A stretch of 64,000 bases of DNA from an uncultured Nitrospiraceae bacterium (GTDB lineage Bacteria > Nitrospirota > 9FT-COMBO-42-15 > HDB-SIOI813): assembly GCA_964611625.1 (NCBI GenBank), contig CAZTAM010000008.1:45387-109386 (forward strand), read 5' to 3'. The notes under the pieces were generated by a model, which ran no database searches, was not told where the DNA came from, and worked only from the letters and a program-made list of their open reading frames with translations. The translations under genes and the position numbers were made by a program. Each line of letters starts with the position of its first letter. Position 1 is the first letter of the stretch. This document shows, piece by piece, positions 8,503 through 18,617 of the stretch.

Positions 8503-9876
8503 ATGACTTTACAGGAAATAATTCTTCTGGTTGATGATGACGATGATATCAGAACTATAATCAAAGACCGCCTTGAGAAACTCGGATACCGGGTTATGAC
8601 TGCTGGAAACGGACAGGAAGCCCTGCGATCCATTGAAAGTCAGGAACCTGACATCGTGATTTTAGATCTCCAGATGCCCAAAATGGACGGAATGGAGGTA
8701 ATACGGCGCCTTCATGATAAACCACATATCCCGATCATTGTACTCACTGCCTTTGGAACGATCGAAAAGGCTGTAGAGGCAATGAAGGCAGGGGCCTTTG
8801 ATTTTGTAACTAAACCCTTTACACCTGACCATCTTGACGTAGTTATAAACAAGGCACTTGACTACAGGGCTCTCCGGAGAAACAACATTTACCTTCAGGG
8901 TGAAATCGATGCGTCATACCAGGGCATAATAGGTGATTCACAGAAAATCAGAGATGCTATGGAGATTGCGAAGAAGGTTGCGGGCACCTCCTCTACTGTC
9001 CTTCTTATGGGTGGGAGCGGAACTGGTAAGGAGGTATTTGCCCGTTTTATCCATCGCAGGAGTGAACGGTCAGGAAAACCCTTTGTAGTAATAAATAGTG
9101 TTACCCTGAGGGATGAGCTTTTTGAAAGTGAGCTTTTCGGACACGAGAAGGGATCTTTTACCGGGGCATATGCAATGAAGCTGGGAAAGCTTGAGATGGC
9201 AGACGGAGGAACAGTATTCTTTGATGAGATTGGTGATTTAAAACCGGAACTTCAGGCTAAACTTCTAAGGGTTCTTCAGGAACGCGAGTTCGAACGTGTG
9301 GGTGGAAACAGACCAATACGTATAGACGTAAGGACTATTGCCGCAACTAATCAAAACCTGTATAAGAAGGTTCAAGAGGGTAAATTCAGGGAGGACCTTT
9401 TTTATCGACTCAATGTCGTAGCTATCCAACTCCCTTGTCTCAGCGAGCGTAAAGAAGATATAGCTTCTCTTGTCAATTTCTTTCTTAATGACTCATGCCG
9501 GGAGATGAAACGTCCTGTTATGAGGGTCTCTCCTGAGGCAATGAACCATCTGATCAGCTATCATTGGCCTGGTAACGTAAGAGAGTTGAAAAATCTGATT
9601 GAGCGGGCTGTTGTTTTGTCTGATGGTGATGGTAAAGATATCACTCCTGCTGATCTGCCGCTCCCGCCACACAATCTGAGGATGGTAGAAACATCCGCAA
9701 TAAAACCATATCACGAATCAGTACTGCACTGCCAAAAAGAGATAATCCGGCGTGCTATGGAGCAAACAGGCGGTAATCAGGCGCGAGCAGCAAACCTCCT
9801 TAATCTGCAGCGCACCTATCTTGCCCGGTTGATCAGGAAGTTAAATATTAGAGATCAAGGGAAGGAGGACATTTGA
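8503..9876 (+). CDS. Sigma54-dependent response regulator (REC + AAA+ sigma54-interaction + Fis-type HTH, NtrC family)
   Basis: REC domain (DDDDD...DLQMPKMDG), Walker A GGSGTGKE, GSFTGA (GAFTGA loop variant), FREDLFYRLN and a C-terminal HTH (NQARAANLLNLQRTYLARLIRK). Confidence 0.9.
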   Translation: MTLQEIILLVDDDDDIRTIIKDRLEKLGYRVMTAGNGQEALRSIESQEPDIVILDLQMPKMDGMEVIRRLHDKPHIPIIVLTAFGTIEKAVEAMKAGAFDFVTKPFTPDHLDVVINKALDYRALRRNNIYLQGEIDASYQGIIGDSQKIRDAMEIAKKVAGTSSTVLLMGGSGTGKEVFARFIHRRSERSGKPFVVINSVTLRDELFESELFGHEKGSFTGAYAMKLGKLEMADGGTVFFDEIGDLKPELQAKLLRVLQEREFERVGGNRPIRIDVRTIAATNQNLYKKVQEGKFREDLFYRLNVVAIQLPCLSERKEDIASLVNFFLNDSCREMKRPVMRVSPEAMNHLISYHWPGNVRELKNLIERAVVLSDGDGKDITPADLPLPPHNLRMVETSAIKPYHESVLHCQKEIIRRAMEQTGGNQARAANLLNLQRTYLARLIRKLNIRDQGKEDI

Positions 9877-10856
9877 TTAATAGAATCGGGACCTTCATGA
9901 TCATTGTTTTTTCTTCCCTTATCAGTGTCATTGCATTTACAGCAGAACATGCTGATGCAAATGAGATTGCCGTTATCATGAGTCAGGAACTCCCGATCTA
10001 TCGCGAAGTCGTGACAGGGGTAAAGAGTGTCTATGACGGACAGCTCAGGGAGTATGATCTCAAAGGTGATTTCGAGGAATCAGGCAGGATAGTTAGAGAG
10101 ATAAACAGGCATCCACCGGAACTTATTATAGCAGTAGGCCTCATTGCAACCATGGTCGCTAAAGACAATTTCAAGCGAACCCCCGTGGTCTACTGCATGG
10201 TCTTAAACCCTGACCGATTCTCCATTTCCGGAAGCAACCTGACCGGCGTTCCACTTACTATCAGCTCTTTCGATGCCATGCGCAGGCTAAGAGACCTCTT
10301 CCCTGAGGCAAAGAAAATAGGCATCCTTTATGATCCTGCCAAAACTATGAAGACTGTTGAGAAGGATATGCAGATAGCTCAATCGTGGGGATTTTCTCTT
10401 ATCACAAAGGAGGTGTCCACAACAAAGGAGCTGCCGGATGCATTCAGGGCAATTCAGCACAATGTCGATCTCCTATGGTTAATTCCTGACAGCACTGTGG
10501 TTACTCCGGAATCCCTTGAGTTTATTTTTCTAAAGGCGTTTGAAAACAGGATCCCTGTTATAGCATTTTCCAGGGAACTACTAAGCAGAGGGGCTGTTAT
10601 AACCTTTTCTCCGGATTACCAGTCAATCGGTGCCGAAGCGGGGCATTTGGCCAGCCAGCTCCTTCAGGGGAAATCTCCATCTAACATGCATGTCAGTTCG
10701 GGTAAAAAGATCCGTACTTCAATTAATCTTATGGTAGCAAAAAAAATGGGTATTGAAATCAATCGGAAGGCAATGTATTCAATGCGGGATCAGATCGAGA
10801 TATTTACTCCGTCTCTGAATACCAGATTAAATTATATAGATTTGGAAAGTCCATGA
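9873..10856 (+). CDS. Periplasmic substrate-binding protein, ABC_sub_bind family (PF04392-like)
   Basis: Signal peptide plus PELIIAVGLIATMVAK...NLTGV...IGILYDP...DLLWLIPDSTVV...IPVIAF. TTG start with AGGAGG 4 nt upstream, and 4-nt overlaps with both neighbouring genes. No ABC permease or ATPase gene is nearby. Confidence 0.75.
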   Translation: MINRIGTFMIIVFSSLISVIAFTAEHADANEIAVIMSQELPIYREVVTGVKSVYDGQLREYDLKGDFEESGRIVREINRHPPELIIAVGLIATMVAKDNFKRTPVVYCMVLNPDRFSISGSNLTGVPLTISSFDAMRRLRDLFPEAKKIGILYDPAKTMKTVEKDMQIAQSWGFSLITKEVSTTKELPDAFRAIQHNVDLLWLIPDSTVVTPESLEFIFLKAFENRIPVIAFSRELLSRGAVITFSPDYQSIGAEAGHLASQLLQGKSPSNMHVSSGKKIRTSINLMVAKKMGIEINRKAMYSMRDQIEIFTPSLNTRLNYIDLESP

Positions 10857-12820
10857 GAAGATATTCAATAAAATTTAAGTTGTCTCTGGTCTTCAGCCTG
10901 ATTGTTGTATTGATATGTGCTGCGCTCAGTTTCTCATTCTTCCACAAGACCAAAACAAGCATGATCGATACTTTTATAAAAAACAGCATTATAATTGCAC
11001 AAACCCTTGCCCACAACTGCAGGTATGGAATTATGACAGAAGACAGCATTATCCTTGAAGAACTGATCAGCGGTGCCATGCAGGCCGAAGAAATCGTATC
11101 TGTCACAATTCTCGATTTTCACGGAAAGGCCCTCGCCCAAAAAGCCAAATTAGATGCCGTCTTGCCCTCCGGGAATAATAATATATTCAGAGATATTAAT
11201 AATGGGGATTTCAGGGGGACTGGTGCCGTTAAAACCGTAATATCACGGTCAGGCGACGATCATTACGTAATTACATATCCTGTAAACTCTTTCAATCCTG
11301 TTGTTAAAAATTTCCCTGTCGAACTATTGGAAGAGTATACATTGGAAAATCAAAACACTAACAATCGGACGAAACTGGGAGACGTTCTGATCGAGATATC
11401 TGCTCATTCATTGTATGAGCAGATCAGGGATATGTGGTTAGTCGCAGCTTTTATTACCATATCAGTAATGGCGGGAGGAATTACACTTATCTGCTACCTG
11501 ACAAAGCGCTATCTCAACCCTCTGGAAACGCTTGCCCGTGTCGCAGACAAGGTGGCCCGAGGAGACCTCACACAGACAGCCCCTCCATCTGGAAAGGATG
11601 AGATAGGTAAACTGACAGACGTATTTAACCATATGACCCTTTCCCTAAGCCTTCGTGAGCAGGATTGTAAAACTTATATTCGTCAGCTTGAAAGGATGAA
11701 TAAGAAACAATCTGATCTTAATCTGACACTGGAAAACAGGGTTATAGAGAGGACGAATAAACTGGAAAATTTAGTCTCGCAGATTCGTAAAGAGAAGATG
11801 AAGACCGAGAGGATACTGCACGAAATAGATGACGGAGTTATAGTTGTGGATCAGGAAGGAAAAACCCTCATGATCAACCCTGCTGCAAGACTTATGTTGC
11901 TGAACGATAATCGGGATGTGTCAGAGGATGTTACGGATGATCACCGCAGCGTTACAGATATTAAGAACATCCTCTTTGATTCTTCTGGTGAATCACACGA
12001 TGAGATCCGCATAGACAATCCGAAATCCGGACAATTCAGGATACTAAAAGTAAAATCATTTCCTCTCAGGGATAATGACGGCGTACTTTCAGGAAAGATT
12101 GCGGTACTGCATGATGTAACAAATTTTAAAGAGATTGATCGACTCAAATCAGAATTTGTCTCTCATGTATCACATGAGCTAAAAACCCCTCTTACATCAA
12201 TTAAAGGGTTTATCGATAATCTTCGCGACAGGATAGCAGGAGACTTGACATTGCGGCAGGAGGACTACCTGGAACGGATGGCAAAAAATGCAGACCGCCT
12301 GATAAGGATGATCAATGAACTGCTTGATATATCCCTCATAGAATCCGGAAGTATAAAACTTAATTATACCCCCTTGCTATTATCAGAACTGATCGAAGAT
12401 GTATCAGACGGGCTTGGTCCTATCGCCGTCCAGAAAAATATTGAAATAAGTCTCATGAAATTAGATGAAGAGAGTCATGTCCGGGTCGACAGGGACAAGA
12501 TTGAACAGGCTGTTACCAATCTTGTGGATAATGCCATATTATATACACAACCTGGCGGTAAAATCATGATTAAACTTGATAAGGGTCAGGGATTTATTAA
12601 GACCAGGATCTCTGATAACGGGGTTGGTATCCCGTTAGAAGAGCAGCCACGGATCTTCGAGAGATTCTATCGTTTTGAAAAAAACTCTATTCTGGAACCG
12701 AGGGGTACAGGATTGGGACTATTCATTGCAAAGAATGTCATCGAGTTGCATGGCGGACAAATTTGGGTAACCAGTGAGGTTGGAAAAGGAAGCGAGTTTA
12801 CATTCACTATTCCAGCATAA
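10853..12820 (+). CDS. Membrane sensor histidine kinase (periplasmic domain, HAMP, coiled coil, PAS, HisKA, HATPase_c)
   Basis: Two TM segments flank a periplasmic region of about 170 aa. H-box SHELKTPLTSI, plus N/G boxes (DNAILYT, DNGVGI, GTGLGL). Confidence 0.9.
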   Translation: MRRYSIKFKLSLVFSLIVVLICAALSFSFFHKTKTSMIDTFIKNSIIIAQTLAHNCRYGIMTEDSIILEELISGAMQAEEIVSVTILDFHGKALAQKAKLDAVLPSGNNNIFRDINNGDFRGTGAVKTVISRSGDDHYVITYPVNSFNPVVKNFPVELLEEYTLENQNTNNRTKLGDVLIEISAHSLYEQIRDMWLVAAFITISVMAGGITLICYLTKRYLNPLETLARVADKVARGDLTQTAPPSGKDEIGKLTDVFNHMTLSLSLREQDCKTYIRQLERMNKKQSDLNLTLENRVIERTNKLENLVSQIRKEKMKTERILHEIDDGVIVVDQEGKTLMINPAARLMLLNDNRDVSEDVTDDHRSVTDIKNILFDSSGESHDEIRIDNPKSGQFRILKVKSFPLRDNDGVLSGKIAVLHDVTNFKEIDRLKSEFVSHVSHELKTPLTSIKGFIDNLRDRIAGDLTLRQEDYLERMAKNADRLIRMINELLDISLIESGSIKLNYTPLLLSELIEDVSDGLGPIAVQKNIEISLMKLDEESHVRVDRDKIEQAVTNLVDNAILYTQPGGKIMIKLDKGQGFIKTRISDNGVGIPLEEQPRIFERFYRFEKNSILEPRGTGLGLFIAKNVIELHGGQIWVTSEVGKGSEFTFTIPA

Positions 12821-13062
12821 GACATTAAAACACCCGTACTATCGACTTTAAGAAGACTTTTTCGAATAGAGTTACATATTACTATACGGCTTTAAATTTG
12901 TATCTAATTTTACACCTCTGTTATCTTTTCAGATAATCAGAGTCGAGATCAGACTTATTACACTCACATAATCTTCTTTTCAGCCCTGGAGTTATAATAG
13001 TTATCCTATTGTTTTATAAGACTTTATTCATCCACTTGTTTTGATTTAATTAAATTGTTTTG

Positions 13063-13078
13063 TGGCATATATTCTGCA
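13063..13078 (+). promoter_or_regulatory. Sigma54 (-24/-12) promoter TGGCATATATTCTGCA
   Basis: GG and GC at the canonical 10-nt spacing (consensus TGGCAC-N5-TTGCA), 65 nt upstream of ATG 13144. A 7-bp stem with tetraloop (13092-13109) follows in the leader. Confidence 0.6.
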
Positions 13079-13143
13079 AATAGAACCAAAACCGTAGTTG
13101 AGACTACGGGTTATAAAATCGATACTTTGGCAGCGAGGTAATA

Positions 13144-14337
13144 ATGACTGACGAGACCATTGATATTTTAGATGCAATGCCGGATGCCCTTACGATTATT
13201 AACATACAAGGCGAAATACTCCACATTAATGCGGCCGCCACCCTACTATGGGGATATTCTAAAGAAGAGGTTATCGGCAAAATGGCAGCAGAATTATTCG
13301 TTGCAGAAATAGACAAACCCGAATTCATTAAGACCTTTAAAAGTCTCCATTCTGACTGTGTCATTAAGTCTATAAGATTTACGGGCAGGCATAAAGATGG
13401 AACTATATTCCCTGTTTTAGTAAGTCTGTCTGTCATTAAAGATGCCAATGGCTTTCCGGTCAAGGTAGTTGCAACAAATAGGAACATAACTAAACCCAAT
13501 ATAGCTGACGAAGAAATTAATAAGTTACATGCCCAGTCGAACCAATCCCGGAGGTTGGAAACAATTGGAAGGCTGGTCTGCGTAATCGCACATGACTTCA
13601 GTAAAATAGTAACCGCGATCAATAACTTCAGTCAGTTAGGCATGAAAGAATTTCAAAAATCTGTTCCGCACGCTTACGACATCTTTTCAAACATAAAAGC
13701 TGTTTCCGGCCGCGCCACAAACCTTACGCGACAACTTCTTACCTTCCAGCATAATAAATCTGAGAAACTTAATATTATTGATATGAATAGCCTGATAAAT
13801 GATCTGAAGCAGATGTTATTCTCAATAATCAATGATGGTGTTGGCATTAAATTGGACATGGAAGCCAATCTCCATAAGATCCTGGGAGACATTGGAAAAA
13901 TGGAACAGGTAATCATGAACCTCGTTATTAATGCAAAAGATGCCATGCCGCAGGGAGGTACAATTGAAATCAAGACTGGAAATGTCGAAATAAACACAGC
14001 TCACAATGAGAAGGTTCCGGATGAAGGACCTGGCAGATATATACAAATAACTGTAAAGGATCATGGTACAGGAATAAAGAAAGATCATCTTAAACATATC
14101 TTTGAGCCTTTTTTTACTACCAAGAATAGTAGAGACAGTGCAGGACTCGGTTTATCTGTCGTCTGTGACATTATAGAAGATCATAAAGGATGGATTAATG
14201 TTCTTAGTGAGGAGGGAATAGGAACAACCTTTGAAATCTTCCTGCCGGCAATTGAAATAGAATTAGACAAAGCGACCGAAGATATGTCCATAACCAGGGG
14301 CATTAATGGCAATTACGAACGAATCCTGATGGTATAG
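13144..14337 (+). CDS. Soluble PAS-domain sensor histidine kinase
   Basis: No TM segment. N-terminal PAS domain, H-box VIAHDFSKIV, and HATPase motifs (NLVINAKDAM, DHGTGI, GLGLS). Confidence 0.85.
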   Translation: MTDETIDILDAMPDALTIINIQGEILHINAAATLLWGYSKEEVIGKMAAELFVAEIDKPEFIKTFKSLHSDCVIKSIRFTGRHKDGTIFPVLVSLSVIKDANGFPVKVVATNRNITKPNIADEEINKLHAQSNQSRRLETIGRLVCVIAHDFSKIVTAINNFSQLGMKEFQKSVPHAYDIFSNIKAVSGRATNLTRQLLTFQHNKSEKLNIIDMNSLINDLKQMLFSIINDGVGIKLDMEANLHKILGDIGKMEQVIMNLVINAKDAMPQGGTIEIKTGNVEINTAHNEKVPDEGPGRYIQITVKDHGTGIKKDHLKHIFEPFFTTKNSRDSAGLGLSVVCDIIEDHKGWINVLSEEGIGTTFEIFLPAIEIELDKATEDMSITRGINGNYERILMV

Positions 14338-14406
14338 GAAGGTTCACTCGTCTGAAGAGCTACCATGATGTTCCTTGCGGATCAGTAGTGTTTCGTCCTC
14401 TATTGG

Positions 14407-15933
14407 TTATAAACTAACAGGCAAGAAACCTTTAATGAGTGTCTCACCTTTCAAACATTTTATTACTGCCTCCTGGCTGAGGACATTGGCCTCATAAGCT
14501 GCAATCTGCACATCTGCATAACTTAAATGGCTGAGTATGTACGGGCTGCCGAAGGATATAACAATGGATGTTTTCGCCTTACTGATAAGTTCACTAATCT
14601 GCTTTATCACCATGTCCTTTATTCCGGCGCTGCCGCGCCAGGCAGCTACCTCGGAGAATATTGCGATCAAAACAATTTCACCCAAAAATAGCCTTTCGTC
14701 CCCCCCCTTAGTGAGGCTGCACACATTTCGGAATTGTGTCGTCCACAATGGCTGCTCACAAAGCCTCTCTTCCCCGGCAATGACTATCTGAATCTTTTCA
14801 TCGTCAGCAACCGGTAATACTCCTTCTTTATTTTTCACAACGGTTACAGACCTCTCTGTGATACGTTTTGAAATGAGTGTGTGGCTATGGGAGTCAATTT
14901 CGGCACGTTTATTTTTTGATAATCGAGACTTCACCCTTGATATCTTATCAACTGCAGAATCTATGGTCTCTTCAGAAATTAGTCCAATCCTGACGGCGTC
15001 TTCCAGTTCCCTTACAGTCAAATCTGCATCTGACGGATGCAGGATTATATCAACTCCTGCATTAAGACATCCTGCTGCAACATTCTCAATTCCACTTAAA
15101 GCAGACATATTTAATGCATCAGTCATTATAAGGCCATTATAACCGAGTTCTTCCCTCAAAATACCCGTTATCAATCTTTTAGATATACTTGCAGGATTAG
15201 CGTCATCAATTGAAGGGATGAGCAGGTGACCAATCATGATACTGCTTACGCCAGACATTATTGCCTCGGCAAAAGGTCTCATATCAAAATTTACCAGCTC
15301 AACATATGACTTATTAATCAAAGGCAAAGAGATATGAGAATCGGTTGAAGTACCTCCATGCCCGGGAAAGTGCTTGGCACAGCTTTTCAGGTTCAGCCCC
15401 TCAAGCAGTCTTATGTACTCTGAGCCAAAATAAGAGACATCTTCAGGATTATCAGAAAATGCCCTGGTGCATATTATTGGATTATCCGGATTATTATTAA
15501 TATCAAGAACAGGTATCAGCGGCATGTTTATACCAGCATCAATAGCCTCAAGTGCGACAACCCTGACACCATCCCTTAGGACTGCCAAATCATCAGGGTC
15601 ATCCCGGTTAATCGCCGCCCTTACCGCCATCTGACAGGGGAATCGTGTATAACCGTCAATCTGCTGACCCACTCCTCTCTCAATATCTGATGCAATGAAT
15701 AACGGCGACTCAGCTAATGCCTGAAGCCTTTCAACAAAAGGTCCCATATCTTCCCTATTGCCGCCAAATATAATGAATCCTCCTATCCCCTTCTGTACAA
15801 GGGTAAAGATGCCCTCCTTATATGCCTGATCATATATTTTCTTACCATCAAGCCTGCTGATAATTAGCTGATATATTTTTTTTTGCAGGATCATAGGAAA
15901 ACCCACCCTCACCAGATCACTCTCTTTACTCAT
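14407..15933 (-). CDS. nagZ: Glycoside hydrolase family 3 beta-N-acetylhexosaminidase (NagZ-like) with an extra C-terminal domain
   Basis: KHFPGHGGTSTDSH and MTDALNM motifs. At 508 aa it is longer than a minimal NagZ. Confidence 0.8.
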   Translation of the reverse strand: MSKESDLVRVGFPMILQKKIYQLIISRLDGKKIYDQAYKEGIFTLVQKGIGGFIIFGGNREDMGPFVERLQALAESPLFIASDIERGVGQQIDGYTRFPCQMAVRAAINRDDPDDLAVLRDGVRVVALEAIDAGINMPLIPVLDINNNPDNPIICTRAFSDNPEDVSYFGSEYIRLLEGLNLKSCAKHFPGHGGTSTDSHISLPLINKSYVELVNFDMRPFAEAIMSGVSSIMIGHLLIPSIDDANPASISKRLITGILREELGYNGLIMTDALNMSALSGIENVAAGCLNAGVDIILHPSDADLTVRELEDAVRIGLISEETIDSAVDKISRVKSRLSKNKRAEIDSHSHTLISKRITERSVTVVKNKEGVLPVADDEKIQIVIAGEERLCEQPLWTTQFRNVCSLTKGGDERLFLGEIVLIAIFSEVAAWRGSAGIKDMVIKQISELISKAKTSIVISFGSPYILSHLSYADVQIAAYEANVLSQEAVIKCLKGETLIKGFLPVSL

Positions 15934-15982
15934 GACTCCGGAATCATGCTATTATATAAGATTTCAAGGAGCTGTGTTAATT

Positions 15983-17188
15983 ATGTTTGATGTTCTAAAA
16001 ATACTGATTATATTTGCTGCTATTTTAATTCTTATCAGCCGTAAGATTAATCTTGGTCTGGCTATGATTATAGGGGCTCTCGGCCTTGCGCTCCTCTACC
16101 GCCTTTCTCTCCCAGCCCTGGGCAAAGTATTGCTGACTACGGCAACAAGTTATACCGGCATCCAGTTAATACTAGCCCTCGGACTGATCATGATAATGGA
16201 GAATATACTTCGAAAGACTGAGACATTCAAGGAGATGATGGGAGCGCTTAAGAATGTCGTAAGTGATGTCAGAATAGTCCTTGCAGCACCGCCGGCAATA
16301 ATAGGGATGGTCCCGTCGGTGGGAGGCGCATATTTTTCTGCACCATTGGTTGAAGAGGCCAGCAGTGCAATGTCAATAACCCCTGAGAGAAAAGGTTTTA
16401 TCAACTACTGGTTCAGGCATATATGGGAATATGTCATGCCAACATATCCGGGGATCATATTAGCCTCTGCCCTGACAGGTTTCCCCCTGGACAAATTGAT
16501 TATCTATCAACTTCCATTCGCTTGCATGGTGATTCTTACGGGAGCATTATTCTGCTTCAGGGGGATAAATCCTGCCAGCAACACGACTCTGATAGTAAGA
16601 AGCAGGGAAAACATACTGAAACTTGTCATTAGCCTTTTGCCAATAGGCGTTGTTATTCTCTTTGTTGGAGTGTTCCGCATAGATATAGCCATTACCATGG
16701 GAATTGTCATCGCAGCCCTGTTCATTTATCACCGGTATACTCTTAAAAAGATCATTTATACATTCAGGGAAAGTATATCCTGGAAGGTCTTTCTGATCAT
16801 AGCAGGTGTTATTTTTTTTAAGGAAATGCTTGACGCGAGCGGCTCAGTAAACGGAATATCGCAGTATTTCAAGAGTACTGGTTTTCCTCTGATGATCCTG
16901 TACTTTATACTTCCGTTCCTGGTAGGTATACTCACAGGCCTTACCATAGCCTTTGTCGGCGCCACATTCCCGCTACTTATCACCTTGAGTGGTGGTGCGC
17001 CTGATATAGGTCATATGGCATTTGCCTTTGCCAGCGGCTTCACAGGAGTAATGTTTTCCCCTGTCCATATGTGTTTTGTGCTCACAGGTGAATACTTCAA
17101 GGCAGACAGGGGTACTATATACAGATATATGATTATTCCAAGCAGTATGGTAATGTTAACAGCGGTAGTGATGTGGATTGCAGGATGA
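15983..17188 (+). CDS. Polytopic integral membrane protein, putative transporter (possibly DUF401-like)
   Basis: About 10-12 hydrophobic segments. AAGGAG lies upstream of ATG 15983 (MFDVLKIL...). The ORF-track start at 15932 would overlap the nagZ start. Confidence 0.55.
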   Translation: MFDVLKILIIFAAILILISRKINLGLAMIIGALGLALLYRLSLPALGKVLLTTATSYTGIQLILALGLIMIMENILRKTETFKEMMGALKNVVSDVRIVLAAPPAIIGMVPSVGGAYFSAPLVEEASSAMSITPERKGFINYWFRHIWEYVMPTYPGIILASALTGFPLDKLIIYQLPFACMVILTGALFCFRGINPASNTTLIVRSRENILKLVISLLPIGVVILFVGVFRIDIAITMGIVIAALFIYHRYTLKKIIYTFRESISWKVFLIIAGVIFFKEMLDASGSVNGISQYFKSTGFPLMILYFILPFLVGILTGLTIAFVGATFPLLITLSGGAPDIGHMAFAFASGFTGVMFSPVHMCFVLTGEYFKADRGTIYRYMIIPSSMVMLTAVVMWIAG

Positions 17189-17206
17189 AAGGGTAGGTAT
17201 ATCTGG

Positions 17207-18517
17207 ATGAAAAAACCAATAGTAGCCATAATAGGCAGGCCTAATGTAGGAAAATCCACTCTGTTTAACCGCATACTGGGAAGACGCGCAGCTATCGTGG
17301 AGGACATACCTGGTGTAACGCGTGACAGGAACTATGCCCCTGCGGCACATTGCGGCAGGGAGTTTATCTTAATAGACACGGGGGGGCTTGAACCTGAGAC
17401 ATCAGACTATATACTCTCGCAGATGAGGACACAGGCAGAAATCGCCGTAGAAGAGTCTGACATCATTATTTTCCTAATGGACGGTAAAGAGGGTCTTACA
17501 CCAGCAGATGCTGAGATAGCAGAAATGCTGAGGAAGGTCAAAAAGCCTGTCTTTTATACAGTTAACAAGATCGACAGCAGGAAGGGGATGTCAAACATTC
17601 CTGAATTCTATGAAATAGGTATCGAAAAACTTTACCCAATATCCGCTGAACATGGCCTCGACGTTGACGAACTTCTTGATGCAGTCTATCCCCTTTTGCC
17701 TGATACAGAAGAAGAAAAAGAGGCAGATGCATATCCCAGGATAGCCATCGTGGGAAGACCAAATGCCGGTAAATCCACTATGATTAACAGGCTCATAGGT
17801 AAAGAGCGTCTAGTAACAAGCCCTGTTCCAGGCACTACACGAGACTCCATAGATACTGTTGTATCTTATTACAAGAAAAAATATATCTTCATAGATACGG
17901 CCGGCATCAGGAGAAAATCAAAAGTTGATACGGGTATTGAATCCTATAGTGTATTGAGGGCATTGAGAAGCATAGACAGATGCGATCTGGCAATACTCCT
18001 GCTTGACACAATGGAAGGAATAGCGGTTCAGGACCTTAAGATAGCCCGCTATATTGAAGATGCCGGCAGAGGGTGCATTATTGCTTTAAATAAATGGGAC
18101 CTTGTTGAGAAGGATGAGAAGACGATGGACAAATACAAAAAGAATATCAGGTCACATTATCCGCACTTATCTCACATCCCCCTTATTTTCATATCCGCCC
18201 TCACTGGTATCAGGGCCGCAAAGATATACCCTGAGATCCATAATGTTATAGAACAATATTCACGGAAGATTACCACAGGAGAACTTAACAGGTTTATTGG
18301 AGAGATATCAGAAAAACTTCCGTCGTCTTCTTACAGGGGGAAGACATTAAAGATTTATTATGCGACACAAACAGGCACTCGCCCCCCAAGGTTCACATTG
18401 TTCGTTAATTATCCTGGTGCAATTGGCACTAATATCAGGAGATTTATTGAAAATTGTATACGCGACAAATGGGGATTTCAAGGTGTCCCATTGCGTATTA
18501 TAGCCCGGAATAAATAG
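17207..18517 (+). CDS. der: Ribosome-biogenesis GTPase Der (EngA)
   Basis: Two G domains (GRPNVGKST..DTGG..NKID and GRPNAGKST..DTAG..NKWD) plus a KH-like C-terminus. Confidence 0.95.
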   Translation: MKKPIVAIIGRPNVGKSTLFNRILGRRAAIVEDIPGVTRDRNYAPAAHCGREFILIDTGGLEPETSDYILSQMRTQAEIAVEESDIIIFLMDGKEGLTPADAEIAEMLRKVKKPVFYTVNKIDSRKGMSNIPEFYEIGIEKLYPISAEHGLDVDELLDAVYPLLPDTEEEKEADAYPRIAIVGRPNAGKSTMINRLIGKERLVTSPVPGTTRDSIDTVVSYYKKKYIFIDTAGIRRKSKVDTGIESYSVLRALRSIDRCDLAILLLDTMEGIAVQDLKIARYIEDAGRGCIIALNKWDLVEKDEKTMDKYKKNIRSHYPHLSHIPLIFISALTGIRAAKIYPEIHNVIEQYSRKITTGELNRFIGEISEKLPSSSYRGKTLKIYYATQTGTRPPRFTLFVNYPGAIGTNIRRFIENCIRDKWGFQGVPLRIIARNK

Positions 18518-18617
18518 CACGCAGGAAAATATCCTTCATGACTTATTTAACCAGATTCACTAAAGTAAACAGTCCGCTTAATTAGAATGGCAAAGGCCTT
18601 GCCGATGGGACAGTTTT

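Noticed and set aside
18588-18603. TGGCAAAGGCCTTGCC, which matches the sigma54 -24/-12 spacing on both strands.
   Set aside because: It sits between the convergent ends of der and the PilZ gene, with nothing downstream in either direction. The sequence is palindromic (GGCAA-aggcc-TTGCC), so it is more simply a weak hairpin or a chance match.
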